64,000 bases of DNA from Auanema rhodensis. Lineage: Eukaryota; Animalia; Nematoda. Positions within the stretch are counted from its first letter, which is position 1; each line of letters opens with the position of its first letter. The notes beneath the pieces were generated by a model, which had not been told where the DNA came from, searched no databases, and saw only the letters and a list, made by a program, of their open reading frames with translations. A program made the translations under genes and the position numbers. Shown piece after piece: positions 14,334-28,671 of this stretch. Location of the stretch: positions 16,244,001-16,308,000 of the forward strand of contig OZ059894.1 of NCBI GenBank assembly GCA_964057225.1, in the 5' to 3' direction.

Positions 14334-15397
14334 CTGAAATATTAAAAAAAACAGTCATGTTAATATGGTATTTTTTGAAATTGAGAAGACAAAACTAAAA
14401 TAAATTTGTATTAGAACTGGTATTGTAGTTGAATGATTTCAAAATGATGCAGTAATAATATAACAAGATATAAAATAAACCAAAAGATACAAGTATAGAA
14501 AGGTGAAATGGATTTCAAAAAATAAAAAGTAGCATAAGCAATTGCTTATTGATTTTTTTATCAATATCAATACAATTATAATCAATTTCACAGTGTTTCG
14601 TCAATCATCTTCAATATGTTTTAAGATTATCTAAAACATAACATAGTTTCTTCATAGTTTTTATTTAAAAAAAACATATAACTTACAACAAGAACATAAA
14701 TGTTTCAGTCTTTTTCAAGATACAGAAATACAAAATTGGTAACAAATTCAATATTTTAAAGTGCAAATGCTAGTAAACAAGTTTTTGAAAATTTTTAAAT
14801 GTTTAAAGCGGCAAATTATTATCGTACTGAAATCAAAACAAACAAAACGCGAAATCAACCAATCTCCCAGATTGAAGACTATAAAGTGATCACGGGTTTT
14901 GTTTACTCGAGCATTGAATAGCATTTGTCATTCCGGTAAATCGCATGATTAGCTGCGTTGCTAATTTTCAAAAGGTTTTAATTATATAATTTCAGGACAA
15001 CTAGCGCATATACATTAAAAGAAAAAAAATGATCCGAGAAGTTGAAAATTTTAAATCCAGATCGATACTGATAAATACCCGCAATCAAAGTTAAACGAAT
15101 TGGCCAATCCATACCAGGGGGTTACTGTATATGCGCAAATCTGTCTTTATTTCAAAAGAATATCTTTCTTCAAAAGTTTTGTGTGAAGTTGTCGTTCGAT
15201 TTATAGATTAAACTTTAATGTTCATTATAGTTTTTTTAAATGTTTCATGTTCTATCTTCTTGGGAAAGAATCACGTACAACATTTTTCAAATTCACGTAT
15301 CTTGACTTCATGTAATTGTGGAATCATTCTGAAATTTGTAGTTCTTTCAAATATGCTTTGAAATTTCTGGTTCAAAGTATGATGACTGTTTGTGAAT

Positions 15398-18300
15398 ATG
15401 GAAAATCCAAATACTGTTTCTACTGTATACAATGATGAATTAACTTCATTCATACGAAGCGTAAGAGTTTTTCAAATTTTTGTTCTATAATGAAACATTC
15501 TGTTCTAGCTTTCTAAAGATAGTGTTGCTTGTTTAGATGTAACGTCAGAATTTATATTTATTTCAACTACGCATGGAACGCTGATAATTGTAGATAGGGG
15601 GACTTTTACTGTTACTGAACCGTATGTTAACATGTTTAGTAGTTGTACTTTACTTTATTTTTTCAGTTTCTCGGGTCTTTTTGGGAAAATAGTTTGTACT
15701 GGTGTTCGTAAAAATGAAAGAAACGTGTATATAGCAATTGGGTTTGATTCAGGTGCTGTTAGTTTTGTATCATTGTCTCTAAATGATGCGAGAAAGGTAA
15801 ACAATTTTCAAAAGAACAATGAAAATTTATAAATCTCAGTATTTGGTACATGTTGCACGAGATTGCCATCGTAATTCTGCTGTGACTGATGTATCGTGGT
15901 CAGAAGATTGTTCCCAAGTTTGACTATAATAAAAAATTTTGCTTGAGATCTTATATGTAGGTATTCACGGCAGATGAAAGTGGACTTATAATTGTATCAA
16001 AAATAGATTTTTCTAATGTTTGTTACACCTGTTACTTTGAATAATCAATATATATCCTTTTTAGGATAGCTTTGGTCATCTTTTTCATTCAATGAGCTCA
16101 ATTCCTAGTAACAAAATAATTTGTACTCCAGATTTTCTTTTTATGATTTTAAAAGATGGATCATATCAGTTTGTTGATTCAGATTCGGGTGAATCAATTC
16201 CGATTAAGTTAAATATAGAGCGGTACAAATGTCATATATGAAATTAAAATGTTTAAGCTTTTCAGCTTTCATGAAGTTGTATCATGCAGTTGTGTAGATA
16301 AAAGCATTTTAATAGTTTGTAAGCATATTGTATTTGCTGTAGAATTAGATGAGACAGGAAATAATTGGACATCCAGAAAAGTGGTAGCTTGAAAGTTTAA
16401 TTTATTTCTTATTTGTTTTTTTGTTGCAGTTTGAATCTGAAGAGACTATTTGTTGCTCTAGTGTTTGTGGTAATTATATATGTCTTATTTATTTGAATAA
16501 TGCTCAAATACTCACAATATCTGACATGAACTTGATTTATCAGTATGATTCCGATCAAATTGCTGTGAGTTTAAACGATATACAGTTTTACCTTATTTTC
16601 TCAGTCAGAGAAACTGTGCTGTGTCGACCATGATGGGAGTTTACTATATGTAGCACATAGCAATAGATTATTCCGAGCTTCCTTAACACCTCTAACGAAT
16701 GTTTTATCAGAAGTAACAGGTAGGATGATTCTTAATTACCTTCATTTATATAAACCCGTAGATGAGAAAATAGACATCACTACATTGCTAGAATCTCCAA
16801 GAAAAATTGGTGCTTCTCTCTTAAAAAGAGCTTCAAATGTTTTCCAAGTAGTTGCTTCTGCAAGTGAAATAGAAGTTTCCACAGAAGGTATGTATTTAAC
16901 TTCAAAATGTGGTTTAAAGATTATGCTTTTAGTTCCTAAAATGATCGAAAGCGGAATTAACGCCATAAAAAATAATTCGAACTTTAATTCCGTCGTTGAA
17001 CGTGTTCAAAACTTCGTAGATTCGCAAAATTCTGCGGATATCATAGAAGGTCTTCCAGATCGATATCCAATAAATTTATCAAGAAGTTTGTTTTCTGCGC
17101 ATGCTTCATGAGAACATTGTTTCCTAGGTCTTGAAGAGACGGCAATAGATAGTACAGTCTCGGTTGAGAGAACAGCGAAGGCTAGGGGCCCCAAAAGAAG
17201 AGAAAGTGAACGTGCTTGTCCTGAAGAGAAAGAGGAAAACTTGGATGCTTCACTTACAATTGAACCTTCAGATTCGATAATCAACGAACTCCGCAGACAT
17301 GGTACAAAGCTTCTTTCCTTATTTTAATTGTCGGATTCTTAGTTCTTGGACATGGTGGCGAAAGTTCCAGTCCTCCTGTTAAGACTGAAAGTTCAATATC
17401 TAGTATCAATGGTCAAAATGAAGCAGACGATGTATTTAGTAATTCATTTTGTTCGAGTTTCCAATCTCCAGCAGCTTTATCAAATCAAAGAGAAGCTTTT
17501 GACTCGGGGCCTTCGTCATTTTCTGATAAATTCAATGCTTCAGTAAGAGTTTTAGTATTTTCCAATCAATATTCTTTTTTAGTTTGTGAGTTGCCTAACT
17601 GATGTAAACAGTTATTCACGAGGAGAAGCTCAGGCTAGTCATATAAATGAAGTAGAAGAAGAAAAAGACGACGAATTTGAATCAGAAAATCCACCACAAC
17701 CTGAAGACACAGTGTCAACTGTTTTTGATATTCTCATGAACAGTCAACGCAATGATGCTTTACCTGTAATTATCAACCTTATGAAAAATGTAACATTATT
17801 TTTTTAAGATAGAAAGTGCAGAAGCTCCTGATAATTTCGAGATGGCTAAAGAAAATCATTTGAAAAATTCTTTTATTATTCCCGAATCCTGCGATATATG
17901 GAAAGAAGTGATATTTTTTTCTGAGTAAACTGGAAATATTTGTTATTTCAGAGTTCGCTTCCGCATCAAGTATGTTCCTTGTCACTTTTTGACAACAAGA
18001 TTGTTCTAAGTAGTCGCCGTCAAAAACCAAGGTACACTGAGCTATGTGAGTTAGGCAAAAAGGATGTGTCTTGGTTGAAATTGGATTGGAATGCACATGA
18101 AATATCATTTAGTGGTAACATTCTTAACAATAGTTGAGTTTTGAATTAACTTAATAGATGATGGGCTTGATGTTATTCGATTGCACAAGGGTCGTTGTTA
18201 TAAATCAGATGTTGGGTTGAGCTCTATGCCTTCAGAAGAAGTGCCAGTAGTTGGAGCTAATGTAACTAACGTTATACTCCGAAATGATAATATTTGGTAT

Positions 18301-20396
18301 AACACAGAAGAACTAGGGGTATGGAGATCAATGACTGTATGTCTGCATAAATAAATTTTTAGCCTTGCGTTCTACTTAGAGATTTGTCTCATACATCATT
18401 TTCTCGATTGACTTGTGAATGGCCTCTTTTCTCTCTTACAGTATCTGATTATGCTATTTGGGCTGTTAGGTAATTTATGCACTTTTCGTTTGTTATTTCA
18501 AATGTTTCATTTAGAAAAGAAAAGGGTTCGCTAATGGCTCGTGTGGGGTTGGCAAGGTGTCGGATGGGAGACGATTGGGCTGAAACTATGTTTGTTTTGA
18601 TGGTACTACATCCATTTAAATATGATTGTTAAAGGCCAGAAAGTATGAAATGTGTTGTTTCTGTTTCATTGTATGGAACTAATGGTTTTGTATTGGATGA
18701 CGAAGGTCGATTATGGATGGCAACAGGAGTTGACCAACATCACCCTTTTGGACGTTGTTCTCGTTTCCTCGAAGTTGGTGCTTGAGAACTTGATTTGAAT
18801 TGAAAATTTGCTTTAGGTCAGAGTTCCCTGGCCAACTCAATGCACAAAAACAAAGTATAATGAATGGAAATTATTGTAAATTTCTTTTTTTTTTATAAAA
18901 TGAGCAATGGATTATAACTTCAGAGCTTCAAGTTATGGCATCTTTGTCTGCACAAACAAATCTCTTTATTCGGCATTTAATTCTGTTTTAGGACATGGGT
19001 AAGCTATTTTCATTTAATCTTTTTTATAACTATAATCTTGATAAATTAATCTATATATTTAAATATTTACCTATTTTTGAGTTTCCCAATGGAAATTTCC
19101 AACAAATATGCTGCATTGGATAATTTTTCATTGTTATCCGCTTCCAGTTTTACATATGATGATTATTCATTAGAAAGTGGTTTGTTGACATTTTTAATTT
19201 AAACTATATCAAGTTAATTTATTTAACAGATAGTATATTCTTATGTCGTCCTAATTCTGATGTATTTGTGTTTCGCCCCAAAAGAAAAGTATTAACAAAT
19301 TTGTCTTTGCCACCAAAAGTATTAACGGTTTGTTTGTAGAAAATTGTATTTTATATTTTCTTATATTTTAGATTACATCTATTTCGTCCCATAATTTTAA
19401 CCTAAGCGTTGTGGATTCATTAGGTAATGTGTATTCAAGAAACAGAGATGGAATATGGTTAGAACACGAGCAATTGCCACCAGGTTCAGTTTTTCTACGT
19501 GCTTGAAACTTATAGTTTCTTCTAGGTGGAATCATTTCATATTCCGAGTCGTCAATGGCAACTTGGCTCATTACATGTGATGGTTCTATAAAAAGTAAAA
19601 CGAATGCAGACTCATGTTGGCTTACGCACTCAATCAATATTGTTTCATCTGGAGAAAGAAAAGCAACTCAGGTAATTTAGCAGACATTGTCTCCGAATTT
19701 CGATTTTTACGCGGGAAAGTTACAATTAAAAGTTCACTCTTTTCCACATAACGAAATTGTTTGGTCAACAACAGAGTAAAGAACATTGATCAAGTCACAA
19801 CAATTTCAATTAAGCTTATGTTCTGAGGCTTAAATTTTGATGTAAAGTATTTTAAATAGGCTTTGTTTTATGAACAGGAGAATTATCAAAATTGTCTAAC
19901 TTCGTTCAGATTTCATGCTCTCCAAATGGTCGTTATATATGGGTCAATGACGGGATTTCAGCTTGGGCCCGAACTAATGTAGATTCTCATAACCCATCTG
20001 GAAAGCGATGGGCTCAGGTTTATTGAGATATCTATTGTTTAATATCTTCAAATTTATGCAGACACATCATTCAAAAGGGATAATGTCGGTAGCAGCGGGT
20101 GATTTTGTTGTTTACGCTTTAGATGAAAGCTATAATCTGCTTCGCCTTCAAGGATTAGCTGCTGGGAATCCAGCTGGAAACACCTGGAAGCATGTGAGTT
20201 CTGGAATAAGGTACTAGGGTTTTACATTGTAAGATCAATTAATCTTAATCTTCAGAGCGATTTCTATTGATTCACACAATTGTTTATGGGTTATAAATGG
20301 GGAAAACAGACTAGTAAGATATATGGTTAGTATATACTTTAAACTTCATGAGATTACAATACATTTCAGTGTGCCATTTTTCCTGATAGGACTTAA
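15398..20396 (+). CDS. TECPR2/HPS5-like protein: N-terminal WD40 propeller, acidic/Ser-rich linker, C-terminal tectonin (TECPR) repeats; multi-exon
   Basis: N-terminus SVACLDVTSEFIFISTTHGTLIIVDR, IAIGFDSG, AVTDVSWS..VFTADESG. C-terminal repeats AIWAV..LMARVGL..CRMGDDW, FVLDDEGRLWMATGVDQHHPFG and VYALD..RLQGLAAGNPAGNTWKHV. The start codon is inferred. Confidence 0.72.
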
Positions 20397-20574
20397 TTAT
20401 TGATACATTCAAATATCGAAGGATCTAGTTATTTATAGTTCTTATATATATATATATGATTCATCAAAAATAAATGTTCAGTTTTGAAAAATGTATTTAC
20501 ATGGTTGGAATTATTAATAACCCGAGGGATAACGCAAAACGGAAGGAGGCATTGTAATTTTTAAACTTTTAATA

Positions 20575-21328
20575 TCAATTGGCTACAGCATGTGCAGAAA
20601 CTTCTAGCGGATTATCATTTTTTGCTGGATTTCCTAAAATAAAAGCATTGAAAGAGTATATTTGTAGTATATCTGTGCCTTCAAGTGGATCCGGAATCCC
20701 TTGCTTTTCGCGAAGCTCCTTTACAACATCACCGATTTCTCGGAATACTTTTCCAGGTCGAAAAGTTACCATTCGCGAAAGAATACTCAGCTTTAAAAAG
20801 AAAAATTCACATTATATTCGAAAAATAAAATTACATCTCTTATTGGATATATAAAATGCATGTGCAGATGCTTAACTGTTATTAGAGGAGGCCAATGAAA
20901 GCCAATTCTAGAAAAAATATTCTAACATAATAAATAATATTTGCACAAACCTCAACATGTCTTCGACTGTATCAGCTTCTCCTTTTTTCTTAAGTTCTTG
21001 TCTTAAGTAATCTCTACCTGCCTTTTCCATTTCTTCCACTATAAATAAAGTCATTTTCGTTTATCACAGTAGTATTATTTACATAAAGGAATATCTGCAG
21101 CTGTGAGATCAGTAGGTTTGCTTATGTGTGATTTGCTCAAAGCAAGAAAATGTTGAGAAGCCTTAGGCTTAATATCTTTAATTACAACTACCTAGAATTT
21201 TATTTAATTAATTAAATATTTGTAATTAAGGTACAAACATTTTCTGTATCTTTCAATTGAACCGAATTTTTCTCTTTAACGATGTCGCAGAATTTACAGC
21301 CAGCAACAGTAGTTCCTGTCGTGGTCAT
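20575..21328 (-). CDS. hint-3: Histidine triad nucleotide-binding protein HINT3-like
   Basis: MTTTGTTVAGCKFCDIV, KDIKPKASQHFLAL, and IGFHWPPLITVKHLHMH (HxHxH triad). Confidence 0.88.
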
Positions 21329-22322
21329 TATGCTGCCTAAACCATTGAATCATATTGATTTCAGAAAATGTCACATGATAGAGGCGCAATTCAATAAACG
21401 AAATACGATTATTATAATATATAAAATGTAAAACAATAGATGGGGCTAAAAGCAAAAAGAAATAAAAAATAAAAATTTTTAACAATCAATGATATGATAG
21501 GGGTTAATGCGACAAACTTTTACGTGGAGAGAGCGATGAACTTCGACCAGAACAACAACCAGTAGTGAAAGTATGTTTGTCATAGGAATATCAGAGTGCA
21601 AAGAAAGTATGTTACATAGCTAGAAAATGAACTCAAAAAACAGAAGGAATAAAGCGAAATGCATTGCATAGAACACACTACACAAGAAAATGGATTTAGA
21701 TTTTCTGAGAAAATTAGAATAAGACTACGCAACACTTCGATTTTCAAATAAGTAGCATGGCAACAGCGCTCAACCAATCAGATGTGAAATGACATTAGGG
21801 GTTGAAATGAGAGAAGAGAAATGCTATATCATTCCAAGAGATTCTATGACAATACTTCATTGTTAAAGAAAACAAAACAATGCATTATAGTGCTATTGGA
21901 AATGAAAGAAAAAATAATATAACAAACGTCAGTAAACGAGAAGAAAGAGAGACAGAGTGGGAGGCGAAAAATCTAGACACCGGGAAGCGAATTGGCTTCG
22001 ATTTGTCGATACTATTGAGCTCCATAAGCGGGACTCATCCTTCAAGTAGTGTTCTTACAACATGTATAAGAAATTTTGCGGCTGAATCTGTCTCCTCGAA
22101 GGAGTAACACGCCACAACGCCTATTGATTCTGTTTTGAAAAAATTACTCCAACAGATGGGTGTAGTGACTCCTGGTCCGACTATGTTTTATTGCAAAATT
22201 GAACAGCAAGAATTTCGTTCGCATGCAAAGCTCAAAGTTCAATTATTTATTGAGGAACAAATAAAACAAACCAACTTTACACGTAGAACTAACATACATT
22301 ATAACAGTTTAATTTTTAAATT

Positions 22323-25300
22323 TTATCCTGTGAGATCATTGTGATCAAACAAGGCTTGATCGTAAACTTCTGCTTTGACTGTTCTTCCGTCAAAGAATCG
22401 GTTGTCTAGCCCACCTCTGGCTGCATCGACCTGTATTGCGACGACTGATAAGATAAGATTAAATAAATCTTTTACCTCGGTTGGATCAGAGAAACGAACA
22501 AAGATTTTAACTACTCCTGCTGCTTCATCATTGGCAATGACAACCTATAAAGAAATGTTATTATATTTTATAAACTACTACAGATACCTCTAGAACATTT
22601 CCATACTTAGAACATTCACTTTTGATTTCTTCTTCTAAATATTCATCAATATCTTGAGGTGTTACCTGAAAAGAATATAAATAAACAGGAGAAGTCGTTC
22701 CCAACCATATTTCTAAGAACGAGAACACAAGACCGGTTTGTACGCATGAGCTTTGCCATCAACAAATGTCGAGCATCGTTACCTCTATAAATAGGAAAAT
22801 AAAGATCGAAATTAAAAAAACACATCAAACCGAATATTAAGTAATCCTTCTTGACTAGCTAATGTGGCATCTTCACTGTTCATGGTGTCAGCTATAACAG
22901 CGTCAGACAGAGCTCCTGCTTTTTCGGCTGCAGCTAAAGCTTGAACAGAATTTAACTAAATAAATGATATAACTACAAGAAAAAGTAATTAGACTACTTT
23001 TGGTTGAATTTTCTTTGGCTCGTATGGCCCTCTATAGTGTTGTTTGTTCTTTTTCTTTTCATCTTTTGCTTTAGAAGGATCATGCTCTTTCAATTTTCCT
23101 GATGCAACTAAAGCACCATCACCAAGAATTGCTAAAGCCATGCTTTCTACACTTCCTGTTATAGCAAGCTGAGCTGAAAAAGAAATTGAGTCAATATGCA
23201 ATGAAATCAAGAGATATCCAGCATACTCTGTACATCTTCTTCCTTAGTATCTAAACAATCCTTAGGAGCAATCATGGGATCTAACTCTCCAAAAGAAATA
23301 GGTTGTGCAAGTTTAGCATTTTGTTTAGCTTTCTGTCTATCTAGCAATCTACCTAACTGAAAAAATATATATTAAAATTATACTTCAACGTGTATCAAGC
23401 CTTTTCGCTGAATGATCTGTCTGCAGGAGGTTTTTGCTTGTTCTCCTTTGGTACGGGTACTTCTGCTGGTTGAGGCGCAGCTGCGCTAGGAGGAGGTACA
23501 AGAGAAGGAGGTGGAACCAGCCCCGGAGGTGGAACTATACCTCCTCCTACAAAAACTCCAGGAGGGGGGAAAGCGCCAGGTGGCATTCCTCCTATAGCAG
23601 GAACATCTTGGGCAAAACCGCCAAAGCCTCTACCAGAGCTCTGAACAAATTATATTTTCCGTTAGTAACATAATCTAACATACTCGAGTTTGAGCAGGCG
23701 GTGGTGGAGAAGGTTGATATCCAAACTCTGGATCACAAGGTGGATAGGGCACCGTAGCTACAGGAGGTGGAGGAGGAATAGCAGCAGCCTCTGGGGGAGG
23801 TGGAGCTTCAATAGCTCTAGGCTGAAGAGAACTCGATGAGCAGGATAACTTTAACACACTTTACCTGTGGTGGCACAACACCTCTTGAACTAAAACTTTG
23901 AGCAAAATGGGGAGGCGTGGACGCATCTGAATGAGCTGGACTGTTTCGAGCGGGTGGGAGAGCAAGGGCAGGACTATTTCCCCGGGAAGATCGTGAGTCT
24001 TGGGCAGGACTTCCAGACTTGGACGACTGTAATGCGCACAATTACTCCTTTTATTTAAAAACTTAGTTTCGTGCATAATATTTTATTTTTCGCACCAAAA
24101 TGCACAACATTAGTCAATATGTGAATGTTGACTTAGGAAGTAAAAATTTATATAGAATTACAATAAGAACCCGTATATATATGTATATAATTATTAATAT
24201 CGAGGTACCCCTGCAGCTTCAGCAGCCATGACTTTCGCTGTAACAGCGGCGGCAGCAACGGCGGCTGCAGCAGGAATCGCTACTTGAGTGGAAGGCGTGA
24301 GATATTGCAAGGCTTCTGGAGGGGTAATGCATCGTCCGACCTGAAGATTTCCTACTCTGCTTGGGGGAAATATTATGCAAACTAACTCTTAAATACTGTC
24401 CTCCAAGATCAAACATGTTCATGCCAGCAATAGCTTCATTCATAGCTGCAGCATTATTGAATTCTATATAACCAAAACCTCTGTAAGTTATAAAGGTTAA
24501 AGCTCAACATGCATTAAAAGGATACCTATGAGTTCCTCGTCCACTTCCATTCTGTCTAGCCAATTGACATTTCACTACTTCACCGAAAGCTTCGAATACA
24601 CTTTTAAGATCAGATTCAGAGAGATCAGGATGAACAGAGGCTACATACACTCTTAAAGGTAAGTTAATAGATAAAACAGTCGAATTTAATTATTATGTGA
24701 TACCTGTGATATTTTTTTGCGTCCTGTTGGACCATTTCAATAATAGGCTGAGCCTGTGGCATGTTTGATGGTCGGCCAACCTGAATTTACTACCAATTTT
24801 TAAGAAATTCTTATAGTCTTACCTTGAGATTACGTCCTCCCATAAGTTGGCCATTCATAGACTCTTGAGCGAGAAGAGCAGCTTCAGGAACGTCAAACTC
24901 CAAAAAGGCAAAGCCCTTATGATGCTGAGAAGAATATATATATAAAATGATAGAAATAGATAACATACCCCTGTGGTAGGATCAAAACTCATGTTTATTG
25001 TCTTTATTGGTCCAAACACTTCGAAAGCTTTCTTAATGTTATCTTCCCTGACTTCGAAAGATATGGAACCTATATAAACTCTCGCCATTAAAGAGAGTGC
25101 TTGTGCGTACATAGATTGTTTTTGTTGCTAAATATATTTTACATTTGGGTGTTTTACTGGTAGGTAATTACATTTTCCTGATGAGCCTTTTGTTGTCGAA
25201 GCATAATTTGCTTAATTGATATATCCATTGCGTAACGCTTTGCTAAATGAAGATCATCCTTCCGCCTAGAGCTCAATTTAGTTAAACCAAGACCTAAGAG

Positions 25301-25542
25301 TTCAGCTTCTTTTCTTGCGCCTGGCCCAACATATACCTAAAGAGATATATTAGCCTAATTAAATCTAATTTACAAACCTCGCCTGCTTGCTGCAAGAAAG
25401 GCATAGCAACAAATACTTCTGGAGGAGCGGGACCCGCAACTTGAGCCTGTACATGTGAAGCTGCTCCTTAACAATAATTTTAATAGTATTTGAAAGCATA
25501 GAAAATACCTGGTGATGAATCCAAAGCAAAATTCTCACCCAT
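22323..25542 (-). CDS. rnp-6: Poly(U)-binding splicing factor PUF60/half-pint (2 RRM + UHM)
   Basis: [99 protein letters not shown] and [22 protein letters not shown]. Confidence 0.96.
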
Positions 25543-26283
25543 ATTGCTAAATAGGAGGTCTAAACAAAAATCATAATTATATAAAATATTAAAATGTTGA
25601 ATAAGAATTCAATTACTATAAAAATACGAATAGGTTGAATTATATAGAAAATTTTATAGTATATGCAAATTCAAATAGAAATTTCGAATTGAAAATTAGA
25701 GCGCATTTAACACAGGTTCCTTTGTAAACGCAGTGCATCTCGAGTGATCACTTTTTGAACAGAGCCTTACAATGAATGTAGCGACTTTGAACGAGTTATT
25801 AGAGGATATGAAAAGAAAATGTGAACAAGAATTGAACTTTCATATTTTTCTTCGGTGACTTCAAGTCCTGCGAAGTAACAAATTATACCCAAAGTGTTGT
25901 CACAGATTCTATATGTGGGAAACAAAGAAATATGAACATAAGCCATTATAAATCAGTTGTAAATATTTGTCAACATAAGAAAAATAAAATGAACAATGTG
26001 ACATAATTTTTTACAAACTTCTAAATTCTACAATTTGTGAATTTTGTTCTTTTGGCATCAGTGACTCCTTCATATTTTCTCATCATGACATGCATTTTCC
26101 AAGAAAAACAAAATCAACTTTTGACCTGCTGATATTACAGCCTGTTCGTTCTGATTAGAACTACTCTCACGTGGTCAGCAGATAAGAAGTTTGCAGTTGA
26201 CTTCTTATTCTTTTGGTCACATAACCATTATTTTCTTGTCTTTTATTAATTTGTTAGTTTTCTTGTACGTGCTGAATTCAGAT

Positions 26284-27884
26284 ATGGTTCATGACAATTT
26301 ATCCGCGGTGTTATACGGTGTAAATGATATTCGGCTTGAACAAGTAGTGATTCCAAGAGCGGAAAAAGGACAACTTTTAATTAGGTATAAACAAAATATT
26401 AACTCAGTACAAACAATAAATTAGAATTCACACTGTCGGAATTTGTGGTTCAGATGTTCATTATTGGACCCATGGAGCAATAGGCAATTTTGTTGTAAAA
26501 GAACCAATGGTAAGATTTATAGCAGCTAAAACTCATTTGTTTTACGAGTGCAGATTCTTGGCCATGAAACATCCGGCGTAGTGGAAGGAGTAGGAGACGG
26601 TGTGCATGGTTTTGCTGTGGGAGATAAGGTTGCATTAGAACCAGGATTACCTTGCAAAGGCTGCCAACATTGCAAAGTTTTAACTTTTCTATTTTTGGTT
26701 ATAATCTATATTTTTAGAAAGGCCGATATAACTTATGTCGTTCTATGAAATTTTTTGCTACCCCACCTATCAATGGCACTTTGACTCGTTATATTGCTCA
26801 TGATGCAGATTTCTGTTATAAGTGAGAAAAATATTTTTTTTCCCCATTTCATATTGTAATATTTAATATACTTGCAATATGTGAAAAATAGCAAACAACA
26901 GAATTAACAATAGACGATGTTCAGTACTGAAGAACTTAATTAGAATATTGCATCATTCGACCATTTTATTTATAATATTTTTACTACCGTGAACGGTTGC
27001 ATTGAAATTAAATTATCATTTATTTATAATTTTTTCTCTGTATCAATACCAAATTTAGATTGCCTTCCAATGTTTCATTCGAAGAAGGAGCTCTCTTAGA
27101 GCCATTATCCGTTGCTGTTCATTCATGTCGAAGAGCTAATTTAGAAATGGGACAAAAAGTACTGATTCTGGGAAGTGGTAAGAAGTTTTATCAAATACAT
27201 AGAACAGTATTTTCTAGGCCCAATAGGACTTCTTTGTTTGATGACAGCGAAAGCACAAGGAGCTGGGAGAGTTGTCATAACTGATATCGATGACGGACGT
27301 CTTGCACTCGCAAAGAAACAAGGCGCTGACTATACAGTCAATGTTCGGTAGGTATCAGAATTATAGAAATTGAATTAAAAATTTTGTACAAATACTTGAA
27401 AAAAAATATTAAAGTGGGAAAACGCCTGCTGAAATTCGGGAAGAAGTTATAACTTTGCTGGAAGAAGAACCTGCTGTGTCTATTGAATGTTCCGGTGCCC
27501 AGTCATGCATTGAAACCGCGATTACGGTATAACTGCCTTATCCCTTCATCATGCTCTAATTGAATACTTATAGACTACGTGTTCGGGAGGTGTGATTGTT
27601 TTAGTTGGTCTGGGTGCTTCAAGAGTAGAGATACCAATCATTGAGTCTGCAACACGAGAAGTCGATATTCGTGGCATTTTCAGATATGTAAATTGGTGAG
27701 TGCATCACGCTTGCATTTCTGACTAGTTTGTTTTTATAGCTATCCCACTGCATTGGAATTGATTGCAACAGGGCGTTTGGACCTTTCCGGGATAACAAGA
27801 GCTCATTATAAATTAGAAGAAACTGTCGAAGCTTTTCAAAGAGCACAAAAAGCTGATGTTATCAAAGTTTTCATCCAATGTTAA
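26284..27884 (+). CDS. SORD: Sorbitol dehydrogenase (Zn-dependent MDR family)
   Basis: [70 protein letters not shown] and [10 protein letters not shown]. Confidence 0.96.
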
Positions 27885-28671
27885 CCTCGTCTACATTTTC
27901 ACTTCACTTTCATCTCTCTAGTGTGTACATTGTAATGAATTCTTCTTATTTCTCACACTGTACGTATTCTTGACTACAGTTTTAAAGGACTATGCCGCTC
28001 GAAGAGTAATGATTCTTGTAGCGATTTCACATGCGATTTGGATGTTGTGTACCATCGTACGAGAGACCCTCCAATTCATTATTGTAAACAGCCTTGTTGT
28101 GGCTAAAGGGCGTAGCCTACTGCCGTGCATACCAAAATTCCGCACAGCTGGTGTCAGATTACATTTTTTAAATTTTATTCTAAGACTTATTTTGTTTTTA
28201 TTTATTATAAGTTGATAAAATATCTCGAGTGTAAAGAAAGTTTTTTATGAAAAGTTTCCATTTTTTTCATTTCGAAAACAGCATGACTCATCGAAAAGTG
28301 TGTAATCGCGTCGAGTAATCGAGCGACCCGAAATATGGGGCATACGTTTTACACGTATTCTTATTTGCTTTTCTTGTTCTTTTCGTTTAACTAATACTTT
28401 ACAGTTGGCAGTTTTTTTTCGAGTGCCACGTTGCTCTTATTATAGTTTTATGTTCGTTTGATTTATATTTTATTTAACCTTTTAAAATTCTCCGGTATTT
28501 ACCTTGGACACTGTTAAATGTAGCATGTTCTTCTTTTTTTTATTTTCTCTCTGAATCTGTATTTCTAGTTCTCATTTGTAGATTAGCAATATATAGCGTT
28601 TCTCTTTCGTTTTATGTTTTCGATTTGGTGGTCTGTACGGTGAACTGATAACAGACATTTTAGAATAAAAC

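Noticed and set aside
15029-15094. Short ATG-initiated frame upstream of the TECPR2-like gene
   Set aside because: It ends after about 21 codons and does not splice convincingly to the WD40 exons.
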